Made by a program: the position numbers and the translations under genes. This document shows, piece by piece, positions 30,118 to 41,306 of a stretch of 51,289 nt of DNA; the stretch's first letter is position 1; every line of letters begins with the position of its first letter. Source of the stretch: Pedosphaera sp. (lineage in GTDB: Bacteria > Verrucomicrobiota > Verrucomicrobiia > Limisphaerales > SIBH01); contig JANOQV010000089.1 in NCBI GenBank assembly GCA_031414955.1, positions 1-51,289 on the forward strand. Reading direction: 5' to 3'. The notes beneath the pieces are model-generated. The model was given only the letters and a program-made list of their open reading frames with translations. It did not search any database and was not told where the DNA came from.

Positions 30118-32502
30118 ATGAACGCAGGCCCGCAATCCGAAGCAATTCTCCGGCTGAAAGGCCCGGCCGCGCGGCCTGATCTGCATCCGCTCCGGGCGGA
30201 CGCCGCCGAGTTTGCGCCCGCCCCTTCGCTTGAGATTCTGGCCCGCGACCGGCTGGCCCGGCTGGCCGTCGGTATCGCCTTCCTGCACGCGGTGGTGGGC
30301 CTCGGCCACCTGCTCAATCCTTCGGGCTGGGATTTCCTGAGTCCGCTCACGGCACTTCAGGAAACGCCCTGGAGCCGCTTGCCCGCTTGGATGCTGGCCT
30401 CGGCTTCGGCCTTCTTTTTTCTGGTGCTGCGTTTGCTCCTGCCGCGCCTGCCGCTGCGTTGGGCGCATCCGCTCGGCACGTTCAGTTCCACCCTGGTGGT
30501 GCTGAACGCGCTCGGCTGGTTCACTCTGGGCGTTACGCCGGAGAAAACCGTCCCGCTGGCCTTCGCCGTCTTCGGCGCGGGCGCGCTGATCTTCACCACG
30601 CGATCGTTGACGCTGATCATTGCGCTGGCCGCCGGCGGCTGGTTTTGGTTTGCCTGGCAGGCGGGCTTCGGCCCGGGTTGGTATTATTTTGGCGGCGTGC
30701 TGGCCGCCGCCGCCCTGCTCTCGGCCATGTTTCAGCGGCTGCATTTGCAGGCTTTCAAACAAATGCTCCGCACCGGCCCTGGCTCACCGGGTGTTCCGAT
30801 CAACGCGGCGGAAAGCGACGAACAATTCCGGCGTTGGTACGAAGCCACTTTCGAGGGCATCGCCATCCACGAACGTGGCGTCATCATTGAGGGCAACCAG
30901 GCCCTGGCCTCGCTGCTCAACTGCCGCTCGGAAGCGCTGCGCGGTGTCAACCTGCTCGACTGGTTCACTCGCGCCTCGCGCAACGTGATCGAGGAAAGCA
31001 TTCTGTTGGGCAACTTCCGCCCCTTCGAGGCCGTGGCTCGCCGCGCGGACAAGTCGGAACTCCATGTCGAGCTATTCACCAAGCGTATCTCCCACGCCGG
31101 GCGTGAGGTCATGGTCACCGCATTCCGGGACATTACCGAGCGCCAGCGCGCCGCCCACGCCTTGAACGCCGAGCAGCAGCGGCTCCAACTTCAATACCGC
31201 CGCCAGGTCGCCCTGGCCAAACTCGCGGTCGTCATCGGGGAAGCGATCGAGGTCACGCGGATTCTCGATTCCATCGTGGAGACAGCCGCGCAAATCCTGC
31301 CGGCGGGCGGCGGAGCTTTTGTGCTGGTTGAGGAGCAGGACCAGTTCGCGCTGGCCGCGTCTTTCCATCCGCATCCGCGTCCGGGCTTTGATCCGGCCGT
31401 TCAGTTTGCGCGGGTGGCCGACTGGGTGCGGGACAATCGCGAAACTTTCGTGGCCTCGAACATCACCCGGGACGATCCCTTCGCGGTCAACGAACCGGTG
31501 TCGTTCGTGACCGCCTATCTCGCCGTGCCGCTGCTCGACGGAGACAAGCTGATCGGCATCCTGTTTGTGCTCGAAGCGCAGGAGCCGCGGCACTTCAACC
31601 CGGACGAAATGGACTTCGTGGGGGAACTGGCCGGGCGCGCGGCCATGGCCATCGCCAAGGCCCGGCTCTACGCCGAACTGAGCGAGGCCAACCACCATCT
31701 GGAGCGGCAGCGCGCCTTGTTGCAGGTCCGCAACGACCAGCTTGCGCAAGCCAAGGCCCGGGCGGAAATCGCCAGCGACGCCAAATCAGAATTTCTCGCC
31801 AAGGTCAGCCACGAACTGCGCACCCCGATGAATGGCGTCATCGGGATGACGGACTATCTGCTCACGACCAGCCTGGTCCCGGAACAGCGCGAAAGCGCCG
31901 AGGCCGTTCGCACCAGCGCCGATCATCTTCTGACCCAGATCAACCGGCTCCTCGATTTTTCGCGCCTGGACGCGGGCTTGTTTACTCCCACCCTGGTCGA
32001 GTTCAACCTGCGTGAACTGGTGCGGGCGCTGCTCGAAAAAGCCCAGTCCGGGCGCGGCCCCAAACCGATTGCCATTCTGTCCACCGTGGAGAGCGAAGTG
32101 CCGGAACAACTCCGGGGCGACGCGAACGCCCTGCGCCGCGCCCTCTGGTGCCTGCTGGACAACGCCGTGCGTTTCACAGACCGGGGCGAGGTTGCACTCG
32201 GGGTTGCGTGTGACACCGCCCAGCCTGGCCGGGTCGTCCTCGATTTTACCGTCCGCGACACTGGCCCCGGTATTTCTGCCGCCGCGCGCGAACGCCTCTT
32301 TGATCCCTTTGTCCAGGTGGACAACTCCCTGGCGCGCGGCCATGAAGGCCTGGGCCTGGGGCTCGCCACCACTCGCCGTCTGGTCGAGCGCATGCATGGC
32401 GTCATCACTTTGGAAAGTACTCCCGGCCAAGGCTCGACCTTCAAGCTCTCCGTGCCGATGGAGACGTTGGTGTCTGAGCCGGCGAACGCCGGTGCGGTCT
32501 GA
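30118..32502 (+). CDS. Membrane sensor histidine kinase (TM-PAS-GAF-HisKA-HATPase)
   Basis: ~6-7 TM helices; PAS ending RDITERQ; GAF AYLAVPL..G.L...[30 protein letters not shown]. Confidence 0.93.
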   Translation: MNAGPQSEAILRLKGPAARPDLHPLRADAAEFAPAPSLEILARDRLARLAVGIAFLHAVVGLGHLLNPSGWDFLSPLTALQETPWSRLPAWMLASASAFFFLVLRLLLPRLPLRWAHPLGTFSSTLVVLNALGWFTLGVTPEKTVPLAFAVFGAGALIFTTRSLTLIIALAAGGWFWFAWQAGFGPGWYYFGGVLAAAALLSAMFQRLHLQAFKQMLRTGPGSPGVPINAAESDEQFRRWYEATFEGIAIHERGVIIEGNQALASLLNCRSEALRGVNLLDWFTRASRNVIEESILLGNFRPFEAVARRADKSELHVELFTKRISHAGREVMVTAFRDITERQRAAHALNAEQQRLQLQYRRQVALAKLAVVIGEAIEVTRILDSIVETAAQILPAGGGAFVLVEEQDQFALAASFHPHPRPGFDPAVQFARVADWVRDNRETFVASNITRDDPFAVNEPVSFVTAYLAVPLLDGDKLIGILFVLEAQEPRHFNPDEMDFVGELAGRAAMAIAKARLYAELSEANHHLERQRALLQVRNDQLAQAKARAEIASDAKSEFLAKVSHELRTPMNGVIGMTDYLLTTSLVPEQRESAEAVRTSADHLLTQINRLLDFSRLDAGLFTPTLVEFNLRELVRALLEKAQSGRGPKPIAILSTVESEVPEQLRGDANALRRALWCLLDNAVRFTDRGEVALGVACDTAQPGRVVLDFTVRDTGPGISAAARERLFDPFVQVDNSLARGHEGLGLGLATTRRLVERMHGVITLESTPGQGSTFKLSVPMETLVSEPANAGAV

Positions 32503-32570
32503 ACTATCCCCGCGCGGACTGGCCTCCGTGCAGTCTTTTCATTGGGGCGGGCCCCCGGACACGCCGCCAA

Positions 32571-34241
32571 TTAAGAAGGCCGCACCTTGACTCCGGCGGC
32601 GCCGAACTGTTCCAGCAGTGCGCCTGAACGCGCCTCGAGAAAGGTCTTCAACTCTCCGGCGGCCTTGCCGCCGAAGCCAGGCACGGCGGCGATGTCCTCG
32701 ACCGTCGCCGTCCGCAGCCGTTGCACCGAACCAAATTTCTTGAGCAACGCCGCCTTGCGCCGCTCGCCGATGCCGGGGAATTCATCGAGAATGCTTTCCG
32801 AAATTTTCTTCACGCGGAGCTGCGCGTTGTAACTGTTGGCGACGCGATGCGATTCGTCGCGGATGCGCTGGAGCAGCTTGAGCGCGTTGTTCGCGTGCGA
32901 GAGGCGCAGCGGTTCCTTCCCGCCGGGGAAATAAATTTCCTCAAACTCCTTGGCCAGCCCGATGACGGGGATCTGCGCCAGGCCGAGTTTTTCCAACTCG
33001 GCGCACGCGGCATTGAGCTGGCCTTTGCCGCCGTCGATGACGATGAGGTCGGGGAGATTGGCCGGCCCATGATCCGGTGGCGGAGCCGGCCGGTGATCTT
33101 CCTCCGGGTTGGTGTCCCTCGGCCCTTCCCACGGTCTCCTCATCAGCGTGCGCAATTCCTCCACAATCGGCCGGTCTTCCTCGTTCTCCTTCGCACTCAC
33201 CCCGGTCGCTTCGCGCAAGAGGCGCGCATAGCGCCGCCGCACCGCTTCCGCGATGCAGGCGAAGTCATCCTGGCCCGTGACGGTCTTGATCTTCAGCCGG
33301 CGATAATTCGCGCGGTCCGGCCGGCCGTTGCGAAACGCCACCACCGACGCCACCGCGAACGTGCCGCTGATGTTCGAGATGTCGAAGCCCTCCACCCGCA
33401 CCGGTGGCACCGGCAGGTTCAGCACCTTTCCCAATTCCAGGTTGTCCCGCTCCGGCATCAGCGACACCGGCAGACTGTACGGCGTGCGCTCGAAGCGAGC
33501 GGTCTTCTTGGTCGTGCGGCGCAGCGCTTCGATGGTGTCGCGCAGCCCGGCGGCCTTCTCGTAATCCTGCGCCAACGCCGCCTTCCTCATCTCCGTGTCC
33601 AGATGGGCCTGCATTTCCTCGCACTGGCCGGAGAGGAACTCGCACGCGGCCACGACCTGCTCCTTGTATTGTTCCAGGGTCACGTTGCTCACGCAGGGCG
33701 CGGTGCAGAATTTCAAATGGCCGTAGAGGCAATGCTTGTAGTCCGCCTCCGTGGGCGTGAGCGGACGGCAGCCGCGCAGGTTGAAGGTGCGCCGCATCAA
33801 GTGCAGCGTGTTGCGCAGCGCCCCGGAGTCCGTGAACGGTCCGTAGTAGCGCGCCCCGTCGTCTTGCTTGAGACGTGCGAAGGAGAAGCGCGGGATCGGA
33901 TCATTCAGGTTCACCTTCACCATCAGGAAGTTTTTGTCGTCGCGGAAGCTGATGTTGTAGCGGGGCTGGAACTCCTTGATCAGCTTGCCTTCGAGCAGCA
34001 GCGCCTCCGGCTCGCTCCGCACCGTGTGGACATCAAGGTCGTGAATGGCCTCGACCAGGGCGTTGAGCTTCAAGTCCCAGCCCATCCGGCGCGAGGGATG
34101 AAAGTATTGCGACACGCGCTTGCGCAGGTCGCGCGCTTTGCCCACGTAGATCACGCGCCCGAAGCGGTCCTTCATCAGGTACACGCCGGGCTTGTGCGGG
34201 AGTTGCGAGAGTTTGTCGCGAATCTGATCCGTCACGGGCAT
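32571..34241 (-). CDS. uvrC: Excinuclease ABC subunit C
   Basis: GIY-YIG PGVYLM...IYVGKA..LR.RV..YF; Cys cluster; UVR motif; FDISN, DDFA, IDGGKGQL, RDESHR, HhH PGIG. Confidence 0.96.
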   Translation of the reverse strand: MPVTDQIRDKLSQLPHKPGVYLMKDRFGRVIYVGKARDLRKRVSQYFHPSRRMGWDLKLNALVEAIHDLDVHTVRSEPEALLLEGKLIKEFQPRYNISFRDDKNFLMVKVNLNDPIPRFSFARLKQDDGARYYGPFTDSGALRNTLHLMRRTFNLRGCRPLTPTEADYKHCLYGHLKFCTAPCVSNVTLEQYKEQVVAACEFLSGQCEEMQAHLDTEMRKAALAQDYEKAAGLRDTIEALRRTTKKTARFERTPYSLPVSLMPERDNLELGKVLNLPVPPVRVEGFDISNISGTFAVASVVAFRNGRPDRANYRRLKIKTVTGQDDFACIAEAVRRRYARLLREATGVSAKENEEDRPIVEELRTLMRRPWEGPRDTNPEEDHRPAPPPDHGPANLPDLIVIDGGKGQLNAACAELEKLGLAQIPVIGLAKEFEEIYFPGGKEPLRLSHANNALKLLQRIRDESHRVANSYNAQLRVKKISESILDEFPGIGERRKAALLKKFGSVQRLRTATVEDIAAVPGFGGKAAGELKTFLEARSGALLEQFGAAGVKVRPS

Positions 34242-34297
34242 CGCTGCGGAATTTCGCGCAAAGGCCCGGCAGCGCAAAGAGGATTCGCCCGGACCTC

Positions 34298-34410
34298 CAA
34301 GGCCGACGCACCTCAATTCGGTGAGAACCCACTGTGGAAAACACCAAGCACCAAGATCCAAACACCAGAGAAACTCCAAACACCAAGATCCAAACGGCGG
34401 CCAGCTCCGA
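34298..34410 (+). repeat. One-armed second copy of the heptamer MITE
   Basis: caaggccgacgcacctcaattcggtgagaaccca...caccaagcaccaagatccaaacaccagagaaactccaaacaccaagatccaaacgg is collinear with the reverse complement of ~8712-8824. Confidence 0.8.
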
Positions 34411-34598
34411 CCGCGCGGTTCGCCTCGCAGCCCGAGTCCCGTCCCGGACTTGGCGACCAGACGGATGTCCGGGGTGCCGGCGATTGATCGCCCCGATCGC
34501 GGCGGGGATCAGCAGGCTCCTTCGAGGTGGTGAGTGTGAGCGGCCAATCCCTGTGACCACCGCACCACCCAGGTCATGGAATGTCCCGTCGCCCTTCG

Positions 34599-36095
34599 CT
34601 ACTCGGCCTGCCCCACGAGTTGCGGTTGCCGGGTATTGCGGAAACCCACGTTGGCTTCGGCATCGTAAAAAACCTGGTCGTCGTCGAAGCGCAGCTTGTG
34701 GTTCACATGGTAGGGCGTGCCGGTGAAACATTGCTTCACCAAGAGAGTGTCCTCCGCCGACCACGCGGTGGTGGCGGCGGCGGGCTGATCCAAATAGGTG
34801 CCGAAGGTGCCGCGACCTTGCTCCCATTGGCGGTGGACAGCGCCAAACGGCCGGCTGAGGCCACGAGATTGCACGGTCACGACCACGCCCTGGCCGGCCA
34901 GGTTGGTGGTGATGGTGATCGATTCCAACTGGAGATCATTCGTCGGAAACATGAACTTGCGGCCCATGATTTTAGCCGCGAGCGGCGACGACTCGCGGCC
35001 CTCCGCCGGGCGCACGGATAAACTGGCCAGCTTCTGGACCAGCCTTTTCTGGCCAACGGCATCCGCTTTCAATCGTTTCGGTTCCAACGCCGGCCGCAGC
35101 TTGTCCCAGACGAGATTCAGCACGCCCGGCATGTCCTTGACCCCGCTGGTGATGGCAATCACGGCGTCCTGCTCCGGCAGCACGAGGCAATACTGGCCAA
35201 ACGCGCCGTCGCCGCGATACGCGCCGTGGCGGCAGCGCCAGAACTGGAAGCCGTAGCCCTGTTCCCAGTCGCTTTTGGGATTGCTCCCGTTCGAGACCTG
35301 TCGCGACGTGGCCAGTTCGACCCAATCCTTCGGGACCAGTTGCTTGCCCTGCCATTGGCCCTTTTGCAGGTAGAGCTGCCCGAAGCGCGCGATGTCCTCC
35401 GTACTCACGCTGAGTCCGTAACCACCGAGGGAGATGCCCTGTGAATTGGTATTCCAGACGGGCTGCTGGATGCCGAGCGGTTCAAACAAACGCGGGCGCA
35501 AATAGTCGAGCACGGTGCGGCCGGTCTGCTTTTGCACGATGGCCGAGAGCATGAAGGTCGCCGGCGTGTTGTATTTGAAGTGCGTGCCTGGTTTGTGCGG
35601 CACGGGATGCGCCAGGAACGCCTGAGCGGAAATTTTGTCTGCGGCCGTGGACGTCTCGTCCTGATGCCCGGCGGACATGGTGAGCAGATCGCGCACGCGC
35701 ATGGCCTTGAGGTGGTTGGTCGGAACCAGCGGCCCTTCCTCCGGGAAGAACTTCAACACTTCATCGTCGATGCTGAACTGGCCTTCGGCGACGGCCAGGC
35801 CCACGGCGGTGGAGGTGAAACTCTTGCTCAACGAATATAATTCGTGATTGTCCTGGGCACGGTAGGGCGTCCACCAGCCTTCCGTGATGACCTGGCCGTG
35901 CCGCACCACCATCACGCTGTGCAGGCCGTCAATCTGATCGAGTGCCTCGACCCAGGCCAGCACCGCCGCCGAGGACACGCCCTGCGCCTCCGGCGTGCTG
36001 CGCGGGAAAGAGAACGGCTTCGCTCCGGCGGCGTGGCTCATCGCGAGGCTCGCCGCGCTCAAAAAGCAAACCACGAAACTGGTCAGAGTGTGCAT
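34599..36095 (-). CDS. Secreted serine hydrolase, beta-lactamase (class C-like) family
   Basis: S-x-x-K (YSLSKS), LLTM..G, PG..FKYN, LFEPLG, YGFQFW, G..GQ; signal peptide. Confidence 0.9.
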   Translation of the reverse strand: MHTLTSFVVCFLSAASLAMSHAAGAKPFSFPRSTPEAQGVSSAAVLAWVEALDQIDGLHSVMVVRHGQVITEGWWTPYRAQDNHELYSLSKSFTSTAVGLAVAEGQFSIDDEVLKFFPEEGPLVPTNHLKAMRVRDLLTMSAGHQDETSTAADKISAQAFLAHPVPHKPGTHFKYNTPATFMLSAIVQKQTGRTVLDYLRPRLFEPLGIQQPVWNTNSQGISLGGYGLSVSTEDIARFGQLYLQKGQWQGKQLVPKDWVELATSRQVSNGSNPKSDWEQGYGFQFWRCRHGAYRGDGAFGQYCLVLPEQDAVIAITSGVKDMPGVLNLVWDKLRPALEPKRLKADAVGQKRLVQKLASLSVRPAEGRESSPLAAKIMGRKFMFPTNDLQLESITITTNLAGQGVVVTVQSRGLSRPFGAVHRQWEQGRGTFGTYLDQPAAATTAWSAEDTLLVKQCFTGTPYHVNHKLRFDDDQVFYDAEANVGFRNTRQPQLVGQAE

Positions 36096-36130
36096 AACGT
36101 AAGTGTGTCCTCCGCGCCGCGCCTTCCGCC

Positions 36131-39100
36131 TCATGGTTTTCGAGCCGCCCATTTGGCGGCGTTGATGAGGAGTTGCTTGTACTCCGGCAGGTCGTGGGCG
36201 CGGGCGTCGTGGCCGAGGGCGAGGCCGGCGATGCGCGCTTGCGGATGCTTGACCACGAAGACGCTGGGATGCGGTTTTTGGAACTTCTTGCTGTTGGAAG
36301 TCTCGGCCAGAACTTCGATGGGCGTGCCTTTCGGATCGGGGGCCATGTAGTAAAGCTCGTCGGTGACTTTGAAACTCGTCGTCACGCCCTTGGTGATGGG
36401 GTGTGCCGGGTTCAGCACGTTGACGCTGAACTCCGCGATGGCGTCGTGACCGCGCGAACCGCCCCCGGCCAGGTCACGGTTGAACTCCGGCCAGTCGTTG
36501 AAGTTGTACCACATGCCAGGATGGAGGAGCACGAGGCCCTTGCCCGCCTGCACGTAGGCGTGGAGCGCCGACCGCAGGTCCGGCGTGGCCCACTTGGGCG
36601 CATTCACGCTCAGGATGGCGACATCGACGCGCGGCAGTTCGCGCGCGGTCACGGACCCGTCCTCGGTGTAGTTCACGGAGCAGCCCGCGGCCTTGAGGGT
36701 GGCGGTGTCGCTCTCGTTGAAGAACTTCTGGTAGTTGTGCGAGCTGCCGCCGCCCACGAGCAGCACCTTGGTGCCAGGGCCCCACGTGAACGCGCCGGCC
36801 GAGGCATCGGTGGCCGTGGTGGCTTGAGCGTTCGCGTCGGCGACTTTCTTCGGGGCCGGGCCGTTGTCGGCCGTGATGGCTACGAAGACGGGCGCGACGG
36901 AATTATTGTAGCTCTCCAGGGTGATGGATTGAATCACGCCGCCCTTGGCCAGCTCGCGGCTGAAGCTGCGCACCTGGCCGCGCTGCACGGCCCCGGCGAG
37001 CATCTTCGATCCGGGCACCTCGGCCTGTCCGTTCCAGTCGGCGAACTCGACGCCGTTCTTCAGCACGAACTCCTCGCCCGTGCCGTCGGCGTATTTCACG
37101 GTGACCTTGGCCGCAGGCAAATCCTTGGTGCCTTCGCCACCGTAGGGATACATCCAGCCGCCCACGCCGCCGAGGAAGTGCAACCGCGCGGCCTTGACGT
37201 TGACGTTGTTGATCTCGACCCGCTGGGGCTGCTGCCGAGCCACGCCGCCACCGCCCTTGAGCACAATCAGGTTGTTGCCATTCAGGCTGCGGGCCGGGCT
37301 GATGACGTCGAAGGGCACCTCGCCGGCCTTGATCACGCCGAACTTGGTGAACTGAAGCGTGTCCTGGGTGCTCTCAGCAGACTGGAACAGGCCCTTGCGC
37401 GTATCGGCATTGAAGGCCGCCTTCAGGTCGATGACCCGATACTTGGAATCGCCGCCGATCATGAACGCCAGGAGGTCGCGCAAGCCTTCCTCGCCCAGCG
37501 CCTCGAAGCCCTCGGGCATGAGCGAGCGTCCGGTGTTGCGGCGCGACTTGATGTCGGCGGCCCTGAATTCCGTGTCGCCCGCCGCATTGCGGAGCACGAC
37601 GCTGCCGCGGGTGTCGCGGCCGAGGATGCCGTCGTAGCTTTCTCCGTCCCGGGTCTCGATGCTCACGGACATGTAGTTCTCCTCCACCATGCGGTTGGGA
37701 TCGAGGATGTGGACGAGCAACTCATGCGCGCCATGCACGCCCATGCCGGTCAGGTCGGGCGCGAGCGTCTTGCCCTCGCCGTTGAACTGATGGCACACGC
37801 CGCAATTCTGGACGAAGGACTTGCGGCCATTCTCCACGTTGCCGGGCTTCTCGACCGCGAGCGCGTATTTGTCGATGAGCGCATTCTTCTCCTTCACCTC
37901 GGGGCCGCGCAGTTGTTCAACCATTTCATTGGCGCGCTTGGCCACCGCGCCGTCCGCGTGAGTGCGAAGCCGGTGAACAGCGGAAGGATTGAGCGAGGCG
38001 AGTTGAATGGTTCCCTTCTGTACGGACTCCACCAGCGCCAGCGACCAGTCGCGGCGCTTCACAATCTGCGAGAAGACGGCGTCCTGCATCTCGGGCGAAA
38101 CCTTGGAATACAACTCAGCCAGCGTGGCCCCAACCGCCGCGTCGCCGGTGCCGCCAAGTGCCTCCACCACGCGCCGCTGCAAGGCGGGCGAGGCGGGCGG
38201 ACGGACCAGCTTCGCGATGCTCGGCACAATCTCGGGGTTCATCTCGCGCACCCCGAGCAGGCTCACGGCGAGCTGGCCGCGTTGCTCGTCGGGTTGCGCG
38301 CGGTCATTCAGTTTGGCGAGCAGTTGCGGCACGAGCGCCTTCACGTCGGCAGCGAGAGCGCCTTGCTTGTCCCAACGCCCGATGAGCGGCAGGGCTGTGG
38401 CGGAGATGGCGGGGTTCGGAGATTGGAGCGTGGTTTGCAGCGCGGCGCGCAAGGGGACGCTCCACGCTGGAGCGGCCGCCGAGCGCGGCGCTTTGGCCAG
38501 CGCGTCCAGAATGAGCAGCTTGAGCGAGTCCGCCTTGACCGGCGCCTGGGCGGCGGCCACCACGAGCGCGGCGGCGGTGCCGGCCTCACCTGCGCCCTGG
38601 GTCGCGAGCGCCGCCACGAGCGAGCGGTAGTCCTCCGGTTGCTCAGTCGCGAGCGCGGCGGCGAGATACGCGGAGGGATCTTTCATCGCCGCACCCACCA
38701 CGGCCGACTGGGCCCACGAGTTGGTCAGGGTGGGATAAAGTTTCACCAGCGCCGCCACAATGGCTGAATCCACCGGAACCCCGCCGATGGCTACGAGCGC
38801 CTCCAACTGCACGCGCGCATCCGCATCATTGATGCCGCGCAAGAGCGCCTGCTTGGTGGAATTCGCGGGCGGCTCGGTGCGCAAGGCGGCGAGCCGCATG
38901 CCGTTCTTGCGCACGGCCGCGCGCTGATCCGTCATGGCGGCGTTCAGGATGAACTCCGGCAGCCGGCCCGCGTTCGCCATGAGCCAGATGCGATGCACCC
39001 AGGCCGGGGCTTCCTGCGTGCGGGGCATCTGCTGCAATGCTCGCACGACGTTGGAGGACATGTTCTCTTGCAACAAACGGTGCGCGGTAAAACGCACCGG

Positions 39101-41218
39101 CTTGTTCTGGCTCTCCAAGGCCGCCACCAGATTTGTCGCCGCCGCGCCTTCCAGGTTCGGCACCGTCATCGGCAGGGCGTTCTTGTGGTTCACCCGCCAG
39201 ATGCGGGCGAAGTAATGGTCGCGATCCGGACGCACGGCGGCGTTCACGCCGTTGTGCTTGGGTCCGCGCGTATCGTTATGAATCACGGCCTGGTTGTACC
39301 AATCCACAATGTAGAGCGCACCGTCCGGCCCGACGCGTGTCTCGATGGGCCGGAACCACGGGTCGCGTCCGCCGATGAACTCTTCGTCGCGGGTCTTGCC
39401 GGCGGCGATGTTCGGGCCGGCCGGCATCACGACCTCGTGGTGCGCGATGTTGATGGTCGGTTCAGTGGTGAAGTAGGAGTAATTCCACTCGGCTGGCCAG
39501 GAGCCGCCCTCATAAATGGCGCAGCCCGCCGCCGCTGTGAACTTGCCCACGAGATCAATCTGCACGTAAGCCAGATTCTCGAACTTGATCAGCGGCTTGG
39601 ACGGACGGTCGCGAATGACGGCCTTGTAGCTCGTGGTGCCGGCGAGTTTGCCCCGCGCCAGCGCGGCCTCGGAGGTCACGACGTGGTTGAGCAGATCGTT
39701 GCTCGTCGGCTGGGTGAACAGAATCTCATCGTCGCTCGTGACTTCCAGTCCCCAGGTGTTGCCGTTCTTGGAACAGAACTGCTCGAAGGCGCTGCCGTCC
39801 GGACGGAAGCGCACCACGCCCGAGCCAATGTTGCCAAAGCTTTTGGACTTGTCCGGCGAAGTCACCGTGCCCGCGCTGTAGCCGTGCGTGGCATAAATCC
39901 AGCCGTCGAAACCCCAGCGCAGGTTGTTGATCACGGCGTGCGTGTCGCCAATGCCCAGCCCGGTGTAGAGCTTCTCCACCACGTCCGCCCGTCCATCGTG
40001 ATTGGTGTCGCGCAGCCAGAGGATGTCCGGTGCCTGCGAGACGATCACGCCGTCGCGGTGGAAGACGAAGCTCGTCACGAGTTCCAGCCCTTCGTAGAAA
40101 ACCTGCTTCTTGGTGTAGCGGCCGTTGGCATCGGGGTCGGTCAGGAACGAGATGCGATCGCGCGCCGGTCGATCCTGCTTGCCGGCTTCCGCGACAAGCC
40201 CGCCGTGGTCCTTCCACTCCGCGCCCGCTTGATCCAGGCGGATGCCGCGGCGGCCATTCGGATACTCGGGCGTCTCGGCCACCCACATCCGGCCCGCCGG
40301 ATCCCAGTCTATGTTCATCACCTTGTTCACCAGCGGCTCCGAGGCCACGAGCGAGATGTTGAAGTCAGGATGCAATTCAAGCTGGGCCACTGCCTTCTCC
40401 GGCGCGGTTGGGCCACCCACGGGGTAACGCAGGGACGCGATCTCGTCCGGCTTGGTCAGCAGGCTCACGTCGCGCTTGCCCGCCCAGGCGATGCCCCGCA
40501 GCAGCACGCTGCGAAAATGCGGCAGGTTGAATGACTTGTAGTGATGTCCGGGAATGGCGACGAACGCCCGGTAGTTTTCCTTCTCGTAGGTCCACATCTG
40601 CGGACACACGTCATAGATGTGCTGCATCTGGCGGCCGCCCTTGGCGTTGCGTTTGTCGGGCGTCCAGGAGCCGGCGAGAATCTTCGCTTCCGGCATCATG
40701 TGCAGGTCGTAATAAATTTCGTCGTCGAACTCGAAATTCGAGGCCCCCGCCGTGATCGGATGCTCCAGCGTCGTGTAATAGATTGGCACGTCGTGCTCCA
40801 GCCACTTGGAATGGCCATGCTCCCACGCACCGCCGATCACTGTCTTCCACCACTGAGCGTCGTTGCCGCACACCGAGTCGTGCAGGGCCACGATGCCGCC
40901 GCCGCGCTTGAGGAACTGGTCGAGGTTCGCCCGGTCGGCGGCTTCGATCCGCCCGCCTTCCTCGCTGTAAAACACCAGCACGTCGGTCTTCGCCAGTTCC
41001 TCCGCCGTGGGGAAACCGATCTTTCCATTCACCACCGCGCCGCGCTCCCGGAGCAACTGCGACCAGTCCTTCAGGAATGTCGGGTGGTCATGGACGCCGT
41101 TGCCGGCGGGGCCGTGGGTTTTCTTCCCCGCCTTGATGAAGATGCGCAACGGTGCCTCGGCGGCAAACAACGTGGCGCAAATAGCCAGCAGGCACATGGT
41201 CAAGAGTCTCGTTTTCAT
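36131..41218 (-). CDS. PVC-type heme-binding CxxCH protein: ThuA - beta-propeller dehydrogenase-like - HEAT repeats - cytochrome c - beta-sandwich - ThuA
   Basis: Signal peptide; ThuA motifs GGG.VALH/DEIY and GKGLVLLH/DELY/LGHD; LVASEP, WD..GR.WV.E...YP, GPDGALY.VDWY; CGVCH...PDLTG...ILDPN...SLMPEG. Confidence 0.92.
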   Translation of the reverse strand: MKTRLLTMCLLAICATLFAAEAPLRIFIKAGKKTHGPAGNGVHDHPTFLKDWSQLLRERGAVVNGKIGFPTAEELAKTDVLVFYSEEGGRIEAADRANLDQFLKRGGGIVALHDSVCGNDAQWWKTVIGGAWEHGHSKWLEHDVPIYYTTLEHPITAGASNFEFDDEIYYDLHMMPEAKILAGSWTPDKRNAKGGRQMQHIYDVCPQMWTYEKENYRAFVAIPGHHYKSFNLPHFRSVLLRGIAWAGKRDVSLLTKPDEIASLRYPVGGPTAPEKAVAQLELHPDFNISLVASEPLVNKVMNIDWDPAGRMWVAETPEYPNGRRGIRLDQAGAEWKDHGGLVAEAGKQDRPARDRISFLTDPDANGRYTKKQVFYEGLELVTSFVFHRDGVIVSQAPDILWLRDTNHDGRADVVEKLYTGLGIGDTHAVINNLRWGFDGWIYATHGYSAGTVTSPDKSKSFGNIGSGVVRFRPDGSAFEQFCSKNGNTWGLEVTSDDEILFTQPTSNDLLNHVVTSEAALARGKLAGTTSYKAVIRDRPSKPLIKFENLAYVQIDLVGKFTAAAGCAIYEGGSWPAEWNYSYFTTEPTINIAHHEVVMPAGPNIAAGKTRDEEFIGGRDPWFRPIETRVGPDGALYIVDWYNQAVIHNDTRGPKHNGVNAAVRPDRDHYFARIWRVNHKNALPMTVPNLEGAAATNLVAALESQNKPVRFTAHRLLQENMSSNVVRALQQMPRTQEAPAWVHRIWLMANAGRLPEFILNAAMTDQRAAVRKNGMRLAALRTEPPANSTKQALLRGINDADARVQLEALVAIGGVPVDSAIVAALVKLYPTLTNSWAQSAVVGAAMKDPSAYLAAALATEQPEDYRSLVAALATQGAGEAGTAAALVVAAAQAPVKADSLKLLILDALAKAPRSAAAPAWSVPLRAALQTTLQSPNPAISATALPLIGRWDKQGALAADVKALVPQLLAKLNDRAQPDEQRGQLAVSLLGVREMNPEIVPSIAKLVRPPASPALQRRVVEALGGTGDAAVGATLAELYSKVSPEMQDAVFSQIVKRRDWSLALVESVQKGTIQLASLNPSAVHRLRTHADGAVAKRANEMVEQLRGPEVKEKNALIDKYALAVEKPGNVENGRKSFVQNCGVCHQFNGEGKTLAPDLTGMGVHGAHELLVHILDPNRMVEENYMSVSIETRDGESYDGILGRDTRGSVVLRNAAGDTEFRAADIKSRRNTGRSLMPEGFEALGEEGLRDLLAFMIGGDSKYRVIDLKAAFNADTRKGLFQSAESTQDTLQFTKFGVIKAGEVPFDVISPARSLNGNNLIVLKGGGGVARQQPQRVEINNVNVKAARLHFLGGVGGWMYPYGGEGTKDLPAAKVTVKYADGTGEEFVLKNGVEFADWNGQAEVPGSKMLAGAVQRGQVRSFSRELAKGGVIQSITLESYNNSVAPVFVAITADNGPAPKKVADANAQATTATDASAGAFTWGPGTKVLLVGGGSSHNYQKFFNESDTATLKAAGCSVNYTEDGSVTARELPRVDVAILSVNAPKWATPDLRSALHAYVQAGKGLVLLHPGMWYNFNDWPEFNRDLAGGGSRGHDAIAEFSVNVLNPAHPITKGVTTSFKVTDELYYMAPDPKGTPIEVLAETSNSKKFQKPHPSVFVVKHPQARIAGLALGHDARAHDLPEYKQLLINAAKWAARKP

Positions 41219-41306
41219 AAAATGAATTGGGCACGCACAGTGATACAGGACGCAAAGGTGCGGAAGAAAATTCTGACGGATGAGAACTGCGGTCGTCCGC
41301 CGTTGG

